A stretch of DNA of 48,788 nt from Octopus bimaculoides (GCF_001194135.2 NC_069008.1:5899878-5948665); one strand, 5' to 3'. Shown: positions 1 through 11,044, counted from the first letter of the stretch. The notes: a model not told the origin generated them from the letters alone. Program-made: numbers and translations.

Positions 1-3000
1 AACCATGATTGCTTGTTATACATTTCTAATGAAGGAGACATTGTGTCGGGATTATCTCTGCCGTCTCCAGCTACGGATATATGTCGATGGGATTCTCATC
101 AAATAGGTGTCACATTACCCCTACAGAAACAATTAAGGGTCATCGGAAACCTATCAAAGACAGTGAGAAGTGTATCATTAAGGCAGCCTTATGTACAGGT
201 GTGTAAGATGGGTGAAGGTGAAATTGTTTGTTATTGTGATAAACCATCACATTTAGATATTTTAACCATTAAGAAAAATTATAATCAAGTTGAAACAATT
301 AAGACAATTAATATCCCTTTTTTTGTGAAATCATTAGCAATAGAAAATGAATCGAGAAAGCTATTAATAGTTACTAGGAAAAAAGCATTTCAGTACATCA
401 CTAGTGTCAGTGGTGGTGGTCATGTCAGGAATAGTAGTAGTATCCAGATGGTCCCCAGTGTTTTAATGCCCCAAGTGGAACATCCTTCCAATCTCTATGG
501 TGTATCTTTTGATAAAATGTTTGTTTATCTGATAGACAATAGTCGAATTTTCACTATAAATGACTATAACTTGGTGGTGAGAGATTACATTACAAATAAT
601 CAACTCAATATTTATATCGACCTGGTAGATGTGTTTTCCAGAAACATGTGCGTTAGTGAAATGTTGTCTTCTACCTTACATCTACAGGATCTGACAGTTT
701 CTGATGAAGCTCGACACGTTGATGTCGCTTCTTGGTCTTTTGTAGGTAAACAACCGGTGGAGACTCAGAGTTTGGTTATCATTGAAAACCACCTGATTGC
801 AGGATTCGACAGGAGGAATAAAAACATTAAGATATTAACATTTGATGGCCACCTACTGGACTCAATCAAACTGAATGTTTACAATATCAAAATGTATCAA
901 TGGCAGTCAAATGCACTGGTCATTACAACTGATGATGATGATGATGATGGTGATAATAATGATAAATGCCGACTGTTGACATTAAAAGTTGAATTTCCAT
1001 TGTCGTTGGTAATTTACCAAACGATAAATAGATACAAATGTATTTCTTCTTTGTCAAACAATCAACTGGTTGTTAGTAAATGGGAAGATGAACGTATTTT
1101 GTATGTTGTTGACATTGACGAAATCCATGCGACTGTGAATGTAATAAAACAAATAAACTTGTCTCAAGTATCATTCAACAAAGACATCTATGATATTATA
1201 ATTACTGCCAATGATGTCATCATTGTCACTAACCTAATATCCATAATTTTCTTCAACAGTGATGGTCAGTATTTACATTCAGTCAGACACTACATGGGGT
1301 ATGTCAATAAATATAACAACATGATAACGGATGACAGTTATCTGTACATTTATGGTCAGTGGGACAGGTATTATGACTACAGAGGATATAAGAATATTGT
1401 ATGTTTGACACTGACTGGTGAATATGACAGAATATTTTTGAATGACAGAATTTATAAAGATAAAGTAGATTTCTCCTGTATAAACTGTAAAGGATCAAGG
1501 TTTGTTGGAAGCCACAGGCACAGAAATAAATTGTATGTTGAAGGTTTGTTTAAGCTTAGTCGGGAAAGATTCCCTGTTTCTCATTTGCAAACAGACAAGT
1601 GTTCTGTTCAAGTGAAAGATATTGACATCTCTGATGAAGGAAAGACAGTTGTGTGTGAAAAAGCCAATAATGGAAATGTTAAAATATTTGATAAAGACGG
1701 GGAGTTGCTATGTCACAGAGATCTAGGAAGTTTAGTTGGTGGTGTGTGTTTTACACAAGGAAAACACATAATGGCCACGGTTCCTAAAAGAAAAGAAATA
1801 TTTCAACTGAATGGAAAAGATTTGAAGAAATCTCAAGCTTGGACAAGTCTCGTCCCTTATGGTGTAATATGGAGATATGTGGGCAATATTTACTGGTGTC
1901 AACATATTGAATTGATTGAATGTCATTGCATAAAGATTGATGGGGACCAAGTGAACATTCTGGAATCTGTGTCTTTATTAAATCTTGATTCTGGTCTTCG
2001 TTTCCCTTCCATTACATCTGAGACGAACAAGGAAATATTTGGCAATGAATTAATTAATAAATTGAAATACAGTGAAGAAGATGAAGTAGAAATGGGTAAA
2101 TCAGGTGAAATAATTGGTAAAGGTAGATTAAAAGTGAGATGTGGTAAATACATAGCGGAGAGTATGCCAGGAACTGATGAAATATCAGTGAGGAGACTTC
2201 CATATAGAACAGCAATGGTCCCTTTTTCTATTCCTGCATTCAAGGAACCTGTTAATTATAATTTAAGGGACATTAGGGACCGGAACAGTAAACTAATTAA
2301 GTTAGATGACAATGTGAGTGTGTTGATGTTTCGAGAAAGTCTCATATTAATCGGAACAACAGGTGACATACTTCAACATAAACAACTACCACAACAACAA
2401 CCACTAGACATATGTTGGTGGACACATGACTGTTTCATTGTCATCTTTGGTGAACAACTGATGTTCTTCAACAGGGATCTCTGTCGTTTAAAAACCATCA
2501 ACAGTGAGAAATACTACAACAGGATTTATAAATACAACGACAATCAACTTGTGTGTGGTGGTGGCCACTATGAAAACAATGACAGTGAACGTGTGTGTGG
2601 TGATTGTTATTATGTAGGGCAATGTAAGAGTGGGAGACACAATTACTATGTAGATGTAGTTGAGATCAAGGGTGGCACATGTAAATACATTCATGAAGTT
2701 TGTTCTGGGGTGAATGAAGAGGTTGAGAATGTGGTGTTTGTAGTGGATATAGTAGTGACATCTGGTGGTGATACTGTTGTTGCAGAGGAGGAAAGGGAGA
2801 GATGGAGGGGGAACGTTTACTATTATTTCTGTTGGTACAGGGAGCATTTGGTTAGGATTATAAAACTTCCAGGGTATCGAAATTCTTATTTCTATAAACC
2901 TTTTCTAACCACTCAAAGAGAACATGTTTATATAACAGATAAAGATAACAATATCTACCAAATACCTGGATATATTGAACAGCAAACATCTACAGTTATT

Positions 3001-3162
3001 GAACACCTAACATTTGATCGTATTAACCAATATCTCCTCCTGATGGGTGAAGATAATGAAGTTTACAAAGTTCTTGGTTTTGATGTTTCAGACAATTCTT
3101 TCATGGTTTTTGGAATCATTCCAGGACGTCAATCTTTTGCTTTCTTTCATTTTGACAAATAA
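1..3162 (+). CDS. Large intron-free coding exon encoding multiple NHL-like beta-propeller modules; 5' end outside the window
   Basis: Frame 1 is open from base 1 (AAC CAT GAT TGC TTG) to TAA at 3160-3162, >1050 codons without a stop in AT-rich DNA. Repeated beta-strand-rich blades (PSPATDICRWDSHQIGVTLP, YKCISSLSNNQLVV, QPLDICWWTHDCFIV, YNRIYKYNDNQLVC) resemble molluscan TRIM/NHL-type propellers. AATAAA overlaps the stop. The family assignment is by eye. Confidence 0.8.
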   Translation, partial: NHDCLLYISNEGDIVSGLSLPSPATDICRWDSHQIGVTLPLQKQLRVIGNLSKTVRSVSLRQPYVQVCKMGEGEIVCYCDKPSHLDILTIKKNYNQVETIKTINIPFFVKSLAIENESRKLLIVTRKKAFQYITSVSGGGHVRNSSSIQMVPSVLMPQVEHPSNLYGVSFDKMFVYLIDNSRIFTINDYNLVVRDYITNNQLNIYIDLVDVFSRNMCVSEMLSSTLHLQDLTVSDEARHVDVASWSFVGKQPVETQSLVIIENHLIAGFDRRNKNIKILTFDGHLLDSIKLNVYNIKMYQWQSNALVITTDDDDDDGDNNDKCRLLTLKVEFPLSLVIYQTINRYKCISSLSNNQLVVSKWEDERILYVVDIDEIHATVNVIKQINLSQVSFNKDIYDIIITANDVIIVTNLISIIFFNSDGQYLHSVRHYMGYVNKYNNMITDDSYLYIYGQWDRYYDYRGYKNIVCLTLTGEYDRIFLNDRIYKDKVDFSCINCKGSRFVGSHRHRNKLYVEGLFKLSRERFPVSHLQTDKCSVQVKDIDISDEGKTVVCEKANNGNVKIFDKDGELLCHRDLGSLVGGVCFTQGKHIMATVPKRKEIFQLNGKDLKKSQAWTSLVPYGVIWRYVGNIYWCQHIELIECHCIKIDGDQVNILESVSLLNLDSGLRFPSITSETNKEIFGNELINKLKYSEEDEVEMGKSGEIIGKGRLKVRCGKYIAESMPGTDEISVRRLPYRTAMVPFSIPAFKEPVNYNLRDIRDRNSKLIKLDDNVSVLMFRESLILIGTTGDILQHKQLPQQQPLDICWWTHDCFIVIFGEQLMFFNRDLCRLKTINSEKYYNRIYKYNDNQLVCGGGHYENNDSERVCGDCYYVGQCKSGRHNYYVDVVEIKGGTCKYIHEVCSGVNEEVENVVFVVDIVVTSGGDTVVAEEERERWRGNVYYYFCWYREHLVRIIKLPGYRNSYFYKPFLTTQREHVYITDKDNNIYQIPGYIEQQTSTVIEHLTFDRINQYLLLMGEDNEVYKVLGFDVSDNSFMVFGIIPGRQSFAFFHFDK

Positions 3163-3337
3163 ATATCCTCATAAATATTATACTTTGTTGTTACTATTAT
3201 TGTGGGGCAGATGGGGATTGAACCTATAGTGCGTTCTACTACATACTAACAATTGTTGTTGCAACATACTTCAACACAATTTGTCTGTCTGTCTATCTAT
3301 CTCTGTCTATCTATGCATGTATATATCCTTTTATCTG

Positions 3338-3734
3338 TTTCAGTCATTTGACTGTGGCCATGCTGGAGCACTGCCTTTAGTCAAACAATTCGACCCCATG
3401 ACTTATTCTTTGTAAGCCTAGTATTTATTCTATCAGTTCTTTTTGCCAAACCGCTAAGTTACGGGGGATGTAAGCACATCAACATTGGTTGTCAAGCAAT
3501 GATAGGGGACAGACAGACAGACACACAAACATATGCATACACACACACACACACATATATATATGTATATATGATGGGCTTCTTTCAGTTTCTGTCTACC
3601 AAATCCACTCACAAGGCTTTGGTCGGCCTGAGGCTATAATAGAAGACACTTGCCCAAGGTGCCACACAGTGGGACTGAACCTGGAACCATGTGGTTGGTA
3701 AGCAAGCTTCTTACCACACAGCCACTCCTACGCC
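3338..3734 (-). mobile_element. tRNA-derived SINE, family A, near full length
   Basis: Minus-strand head GGCGTAGGAGTGGCTGTGTGG (A box) ... GGTTCAGTCCC (B box), internal CA/TA microsatellite, tail GCTCCAGCATGGCCACAGTCAAATGACTGAAA. Confidence 0.85.
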
Positions 3735-4379
3735 TTTCTTAACACACAGCCAACGTGTTAAAACATTCCAAATACATTTTTATTTGTGTGAAAAAAGCAG
3801 GCAAAAACCATAAAAAAAAAAAANNNNNNNNNNNNNNNNNNNNNNNNNNGTGGTGGTGGTGTTGGAAATGACATAAAGAAAGAAAGAAAGAAGAAAATGG
3901 GAGGTGAAGGAGATATGTTATTCAGACAGTCACTGCGAATATGAGACATCATATGTCTATATAAACTGGCTGACAGACACACATACAAACATACATCCAT
4001 TACACAACATACACGTATACATGCATTACACAACAACATACACATTACAATACACACACACACACAAGCATACACATTTAAACACAGTCACATGCAGATT
4101 AGCACCCACACACGTATATGCTTCATGCTAAGAAGTTTCAAGAATCGCACCAACAGTTGCAGAAGTCACAATTTTGCTGAACTCCTCAGATGTTCCTGAG
4201 ATAGAAATACTTCGGGTTGAAATTGAACCCCTATCATTGACTTTGGCAAATATTCTAGTGATAATTATTTTAATTAACACACAATTTACTAACACATTGC
4301 ATCTTTAAAAATATTTCCCGGTGTTACCATTATATTGAGATTCATGAACTCTGCCACCCTTTGACAGGTCTTATTTTCC

Positions 4380-5250
4380 ATCCTGCAGGGTGTCCGACAA
4401 TCACCCTCCTCACCAAGCAAGCTCAATGGAGTTGTCAGTTTAGTCGCAGACCCCAGGTAACTGGATAACTTCCAGAAATCCTTGGCTTGGTTGAGCTGTC
4501 GATCGACCTTACTGGTTCGAGAGAGGTTGTCGAAACACAGCTTTGACACCTCCCCCCCCCCCACATGCCCGAGGTGCGGGCGCATCAGTGAAACCGTTGC
4601 GCACGTCTTTGTATGTTGCGAGGAGCAGAGGGAGTTGATAGCCTATGTCAAACAACTGATGCCGGATGCGGAAAGAGTACGGCTCTCGACTGAGTTCATT
4701 GTTAAGATCGTACCGCCTCCCTCCATTAACAAGGAAAGGAAGGCATCTTTTTTCTGTGTAGTGGCCATACTGAAAGATACAGTATGTATGACAAGCGCGA
4801 AGGGGACTGAGATAGGCCACTTTATCTCCAGACACGGGTCGATGAGTTATTTTAAATTCCACCTGTTGAGAAAGACCCGTCTAGAGAAAAGGTATGGAAA
4901 ATTTTGGACAACTGTTGTAAGGAAGTTGGGTATGAATGGGGTCATGAACAATATTTGGTAAATTTTCAGATTAACACCCGCACGATTTTCACTAGGGTGT
5001 TAGGGTTAGGGTTTTAAGGTTAGGGAATTCCGTCCCTAACCGTAACCTCCTAGTGAAAATCGTGCGGGTGTTAATCTGAAAATTTACCCAATATTTTTAT
5101 ATATTTATACTTTTATTCGCATTTTTCATTTTCGTTGTCAAATTCGATTTATCATCCGTATTTCATGTAACCCCAGCCCTGTGTAAGACTGTCCTTGTTT
5201 CATCCCCGCCCCTGTTCTTTCCTCTCTATATAAGGCGAATAAAGAAATAC
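4380..5250 (+). mobile_element. 5'-truncated L1/Tx1-clade LINE 3' end (zf-RVT-type C-terminus plus 3' UTR)
   Basis: Translation KSLAW...RERL...CPRCGRISETVAHVFVCC is a CxxC..H..C zinc knuckle typical of non-LTR ORF2 C-termini. Upstream in-frame stop; AATAAA near 5238. Confidence 0.75.
4957..5088. mobile_element. Fold-back MITE, Merlin-like (GG..CC ends, 8-bp TSD), with TTAGGG core
   Basis: Perfect 40-bp inverted arms 4957-4996 / 5049-5088 starting GGTAAATTTTCAG; direct repeat CAATATTT at 4949-4956 and 5089-5096. Confidence 0.85.
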
Positions 5251-6071
5251 AGTTTAGGCGCCCACAACACGACCAAGCAACAGGTTGTTGCTGTGTCACA
5301 TTTTGCCAGTAGTGCCCAAGATCTCTCTCTCTCTCACACACACATTCATGTGTGGGTGTTAATATGTAATGTATACGTGTTAAAACATTCGAAATAAATT
5401 TTTATCCGTGTAAAGAAAGGAGACAAAAACAATAAAAATATGTTTGTTTCTATGGAACCTGGTCGTGTGGCGGCGGCAGCGTTGGAAAACGACGTAAATT
5501 AGAGAGAAAGAGAGAGAGAATTGGGGGATGAAGGAAAGATATATTATTTATAGTCACTGGAAAGATATATCATTTACGGTCACTGGAAAGATATGTTATT
5601 TATAGTCACTGGGAATGCCAGCGGAAATGATTGGCAATCATTTGACATACATACACACTCACACACACACATCTTTAATCAAATATATACATATATATAT
5701 ACACACAAAACGCACACTTATTTAAATTAAACATCACACTACAACATACCTGTGTATATACCCATTACAATATACACACACACACATTTAAGCAAGGACA
5801 CCTGCCAAGTAACGCTGATGTGCCCGTAAACTTCTTGCTGGTAAATTAACAAGTGACACTCGCAGGATTGACAATTTTGTCACATCTTCAACGAATTCAA
5901 CTTCCAAGATATCTACAAGACAGAAAAACCTTAGGCGCAAATTGAAATCCTGTTATCGATTCCGGTAAATATTGTGAAAATCATTTTAATTAACCTTTTT
6001 GGTTACTATTTTTTTTTCAATTTTTCCACCGGGTGCGGATCTATATATTAACCACCTTTTTCAGAGATGTC

Positions 6072-6113
6072 GGATCTTTTTTAAAACGGTGGCCCCCGTT
6101 TTAAAAAAGATCC
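6072..6113. mobile_element. 42-bp minimal fold-back element, Merlin-like
   Basis: 18-bp perfect arms GGATCTTTTTTAAAACGG / CCGTTTTAAAAAAGATCC with a 6-nt loop; direct repeat GAGATGTC at 6064-6071 and 6114-6121. Confidence 0.75.
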
Positions 6114-6799
6114 GAGATGTCTAGTAAATATCTATATTTGAATGAAAATATACGTTCACTGTACTCTGGAGGTATTTGTCACTTATTTCCAACNNNNNNN
6201 NNNNNNNNNNNNNNNNNNNNNNNNNNNNNNNNNNNNNNNNNNNNNNNNNNNNNNNNNNNNNNNNNNNNNNNNNNNNNNNNNNNNNNNNNNNNNNNNNNNN
6301 NNNNNNNNNNNNNNNNNNNNNNNNNNNNNNNNNNNNNNNNNNNNNNNNNNNNNNNNNNNNNNNNNNNNNCCAAATACTTCGTTCGTGAAGTTTTTCTCGC
6401 TTTCACTCATTAACTATCATTAATTATCGTTTCTATCAGTAACTTCATAACAAATCAGAACTGATCCGAAATAATTTCTGTACTTTCTTATGTACAAATC
6501 CAAAATAAAATGTTTTGTACAGAAATTGAAAACAAATGTGTATGTTAAGAGGTCAAACGATAAAATACAAACACATTTACATCATTAAAAATTTTCCAGT
6601 GTTACTTCAAACATAAATATATTGTTATATTGAAGATTATTTTATTTTCAGGCAGTATTTTATAGACTAGAAGCTGTTTAAACATTTTGCAGTGTTACAT
6701 TACATGCAAAACATTTCATTTCCAGAATATAATATAAAGTACATGTAGCGTGATGGAGGGAAAAGAAGCAAAAGGGAGAAAGTAACACAGAGACCTTAC

Positions 6800-6930
6800 C
6801 TGTTGACCGTGGCGGGACGAGCGATCAGTGACCAGATAAAAACATAACCTTTCAAACGCGCCATCGCACGTGCTCTGTGCCCACGCATGTCCCCGTGGCT
6901 CTTCCGCTGGCCCCTACAGTCTTCACTTCC
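6800..6930 (-). promoter_or_regulatory. CpG-rich promoter/first-exon candidate ending in a strong 5' splice site
   Basis: CAG|GTAAGG donor at 6800; ATGGCG at 6864 (MARLKGYVFIWSLIARPATVN, phase 2); CACGTG E-box near 6867; ACTTCCG ETS-like motif near 6925; locally high CpG content. Confidence 0.45.
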
Positions 6931-8394
6931 GTTTGCTTCGTCTGCAATCCTCTCCACCAAACATACCTCATCACGACCCATAACACCACAAACACCGTAT
7001 GCCCCCCCCTCCTCCGATCTACAGATCACTCAACCGGCTTTCCCACTCATTCCTCGCTCCCAAACTCACACCTTAACTGGTTTCATAATCAGCCAACCGG
7101 AGAGGAGGNNNNNNNNNNNNNNNNNNNNNNNNNNNNNNNNNNNNNNNNNNNNNNNNNNNNNNNNNNNNNNNNNNNNNNNNNNNNNNNNNNNNNNNNNNNN
7201 NNNNNNNNNNNNNNNNNNNNNNNNNNNNNNNNNNNNNNNNNNNNNNNNNNNNNNNNNNNNNNNNNNNNNNNNNNNNNNNNNNNNNNNNNNNNNNNNNNNN
7301 NNNNNNNNNNNNNNNNNNNNNNNNNNNNNNNNNNNNNNNNNNNNNNNNNNNNNNNNNNNNNNNNNNNNNNNNNNNNNNNNNNNNNNNNNNNNNNNNNNNN
7401 NNNNNNNNNNNNNNNNNNNNNNNNNNNNNNNNNNNNNNNNNNNNNNNNNNNNNNNNNNNNNNNNNNNNNNNNNNNNNNNNNNNNNNNNNNNNNNNNNNNN
7501 NNNNNNNNNNNNNNNNNNNNNNNNNNNNNNNNNNNNNNNNNNNNNNNNNNNNNNNNNNNNNNNNNNNNNNNNNNNNNNNNNNNNNNNNNNNNNNNNNNNN
7601 NNNNNNNNNNNNNNNNNNNNNNNNNNNNNNNNNNNNNNNNNNNNNNNNNNNNNNNNNNNNNNNNNNNNNNNAAAATTAATTTTTTATGCTTTAATATTTC
7701 GCTGAAAAAAATTGTATTTTTCCATCATCATCATCATCGTCGTTTAATGTCCGCCTTCCATGCTAACATGGGTGAGACAGTTTCACAAGAGCTGGCCAGG
7801 TAGGAGCCTGAACCAGACTTCTGTGGCTGTTTTGGCTGGGTTTTTACAGCTGGATGCCCTTCCAAACACCAACCACTCAACAGAGTGGACTGGATGCTTT
7901 TAAGTGGCACCTGCTCTAACAGGGTCACCAAGTACTTGCAAGGCAAAAAAAAAAAGCTTTCAAGACGGGAGGAGGTGATCTTGTGTTGGATGATGAAAGG
8001 TTATAGTGAGACAGAGAGACAGGTGTCTTGCTGTAGAGCAAGTGCAAGGTTATACATGGCCGGAGAGGATGAGATCAAGAATGAAGACAGAAACAGGTGC
8101 GCTACAGCAAAGGAAATACATGGTTGTCCAACCTGAGGGAAATGCAAGAGAAGGAGAGAGAAAGTGAGAGAGAGTAGGGCAGAGAGGGTGGCAAAGTGCC
8201 GGGTATACTCACAAGGGACTGAGATCAGAATATAAATGGGATGGTTGAGTAAAGGAAGAGAGAGATATTGATGGTAGCAAATGCCAGGGCATACCCTTGA
8301 GGTTCCAATGCGATAATATAAGTCCCACGATATTGCGAATTAATATAATTCTTAAACATCCTGTTGAGTTTAAAAAGATTATATTTTTACATTG

Positions 8395-8762
8395 TTGTTG
8401 TTGGCACTCCGTCGCTTAACGACGACGAGGGTTCCAGTTGATCCGATCAACGGAACAGCCTGCTCGTGAAATTAACGTGCAAGTGGCTGAGCACTCCACA
8501 GACACGTGTACCCTTAACGTAGTTCTCGGGGGGGATATTCAGCGTGACACAGAGTGTGACAAGGCTGACCCCTTTGAATTACAGGCACAACAGAAACAGG
8601 AAGTAAGAGTAAGAGAAAGTTGTGGTGAAAGAGTACAGCAAGGTTCGCCACCATCCCCTGCCAGAGCCTCGTGGAACTTTAGGTGTTTTCGTTCAATAAA
8701 TACTCACAACGCTCAGTCTAGGAATCGAAACCGCGATCCTATGACCGCGAGTCCGCTGCCCT
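8395..8762 (-). mobile_element. tRNA-derived SINE, family D
   Basis: Minus head with B-box-like GGTTTCGATTCC; tail GTTAAGCGACGGAGTGCCAACAACAAC. Confidence 0.6.
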
Positions 8763-10209
8763 CCACATATAAGTTATAGATTACATTTAAATAAAATATT
8801 CAAAACAATAATCTGTTTCATAGTTTGTTAAATTTAGAAATATCTGAAGTTTCTGTGGAATTATNNNNNNNNNNNNNNNNNNNNNNNNNNNNNNNNNNNN
8901 NNNNNNNNNNNNNNNNNNNNNNNNNNNNNNNNNNNNNNNNNNNNNNNNNNNNNNNNNNNNNNNNNNNNNNNNNNNNNNNNNNNNNNNNNNNNNNNNNNNN
9001 NNNNNNNNNNNNNNNNNNNNNNNNNNNNNNNNNNNNNNNNNNNNNNNNNNNNNNNNNNNNNNNNNNNNNNNNNNNNNNNNNNNNNNNNNNNNNNNNNNNN
9101 NNNNNNNNNNNNNNNNNNNNNNNNNNNNNNNNNNNNNNNNNNNNNNNNNNNNNNNNNNNNNNNNNNNNNNNNNNNNNNNNNNNNNNNNNNNNNNNNNNNN
9201 NNNNNNNNNNNNNNNNNNNNNNNNNNNNNNNNNNNNNNNNNNNNNNNNNNNNNNNNNNNNNNNNNNNNNNNNNNNNCAAGCAGGCTATTTACATGCTAGA
9301 AATAACAGCCAAATCTTACGAAACTAGTGTTAGGGTTAGGTTTACCCTGTGGATCTATATAAAAACCGGGGGGGGGGGTCGAAATTTTGAAATTAAGATT
9401 TTTGAAAATTTTTTTCCAGAATCGGATTCTCCATGGTCTGAAACATAGGATTCCGTAAAAAAAAAACAAAATTTAAAAGTGGGGGTATACCCAGATTACA
9501 TATACTCCATCTCCACCGATGTTTATATATTTACCACCTGAATAAATGTTTAAGTTGATAGTCTGGAGTTCAGCGTTCCGTTAAGTTCATAGTAGGAAAG
9601 TCAGGTATACAATCTAAAGATGTATAACCCACTTTCTACTAAAGATTTATTGATGAGAAAGAAGTGAATAATAATTGAAAAGCTGGTGTGTCACTTATAG
9701 ATAGAAATAGGTTAACAGACATTTTAAGCTATGTGTGTTTTGTGTGTTACTCATTAATTTACTGAACCATGAACACGCAGGAGCAGTGCTTTGGTGGGTT
9801 TAATTCATCTCACAAACCCTGGTATTTCCTTTTAAGTCGGATTCATGTTTTAGCCATATTTATTAGTGGAACTGCAAGGTTTTATAGAACAAGTACCGAT
9901 ACATTTTCAACACGTTTAAATGATGGGTAGTACTAATCACACACACATACAGAAAACAAAAGGCAGGTGAAGGAACAACAGGCAGGTGTATTAGTTTAAC
10001 GCTTGAGAAGAATGGAGAAAGTCTTTGGTGTTTCAAGGTCATCAATCGGTCCTATTATTCAAACATGTTAAACGTTCAAAAATGTTGTAAATATTCACAC
10101 ACACACACATATGCATATATAAGGGAGGGGGGAAGGCGAGAAAGAAAGAGAGAGAGAGAGTGGAAGTCAGGTAAACTTACATCTAATGACGTAATGTAAT
10201 TGTAACGGA

Positions 10210-10390
10210 GGTACTACTAAAGCAGCGTGGTCGCGCGTCTGCGCTAGCTAGTCGTGAGTGGTCGATCCTAACCCTAACCCTAACCCGCGTGTGCAAATGA
10301 ATACGTGTTTAGGGTTAGGGTCGACCACTCACGACTAGCTAGCGCGGACGCGCGACTGCGTGTTCGGGACCGTGCTGCTTTAGTAGTACC
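10210..10390. mobile_element. Fold-back MITE, Merlin-like, CpG-rich, with CCCTAA/TTAGGG in the stem
   Basis: 17-bp perfect outer arms GGTACTACTAAAGCAGC plus about 48-bp inner arms with 2 mismatches; direct repeat GTAACGGA at 10202-10209 and 10391-10398. Confidence 0.87.
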
Positions 10391-10510
10391 GTAACGGACA
10401 CCTTATATAGCCTTAGATTGAGTTAGTTACGATTTCATCATAGCTAAAAATAGATTGACAGCTCCCTTAGTGAAAACCTTAAATTGGTGCCCTTTTTGTA
10501 AATCAGCAGC

Positions 10511-10668
10511 AGAATTTCACCATAGCTAAAACTAGATCGTCTACCTCGCTGCTAACTATAAATACAACATAGGGAACATTAGATGGGTAGGCAGAATTTC
10601 ACCATAGCTAAAAATAGATCGTCTACCTCGCTGCTAACTATAAATACAACATTAGATGGGCAGTCTGA
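10511..10668 (+). repeat. 82-bp direct duplication
   Basis: AGAATTTCACCATAGCTAAAA at 10511 and 10593; partial third copy near 10433. Confidence 0.85.
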
Positions 10669-11044
10669 ATTTAGTTTCTGACTCGAACGTACGGAAAGCG
10701 GTTTTAACTGCTATCAACTCAGCCAAGATATGCAACAACCCAGAACAGCGGTTTTCACTGCTGTCAACCAAGCTGAACCAAATACATGTTTTCTCCGCAT
10801 ATAACTTGTAGCTAGTTATACAGGTTTGTAATGTAGAGCTTGTCTTACCGCCTAAAATCACAGCTTGAACTGTGACGAAACCAAGTGCTGTTGCAGCTGC
10901 CTAGAAACGAATGGCTACAAGTTATTTAATCATCAAGAAGGTACATGGACAGAAGAAAGCCTGAACAGGTACACAACAACTGGTGTCCGTTCAGAGCATG
11001 CAATTCATGTATTTGAACATTTGTCTTCAGTTATTCTTTTACTA

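Noticed and set aside
3640-3734. tRNA genes at SINE heads
   Set aside because: A and B boxes are present, but I could not fold a complete cloverleaf, and each continues into a SINE body.
6037-9500. GGATCTATATA starts at 6037 and 9351 as complete Merlin-like elements
   Set aside because: No matching right end or target duplication was found; the partners may be in N gaps.
4997-10320. TTAGGG runs as interstitial telomeres or fusion scars
   Set aside because: There are only 2-3 units each, and the two main runs lie inside TSD-flanked MITEs.
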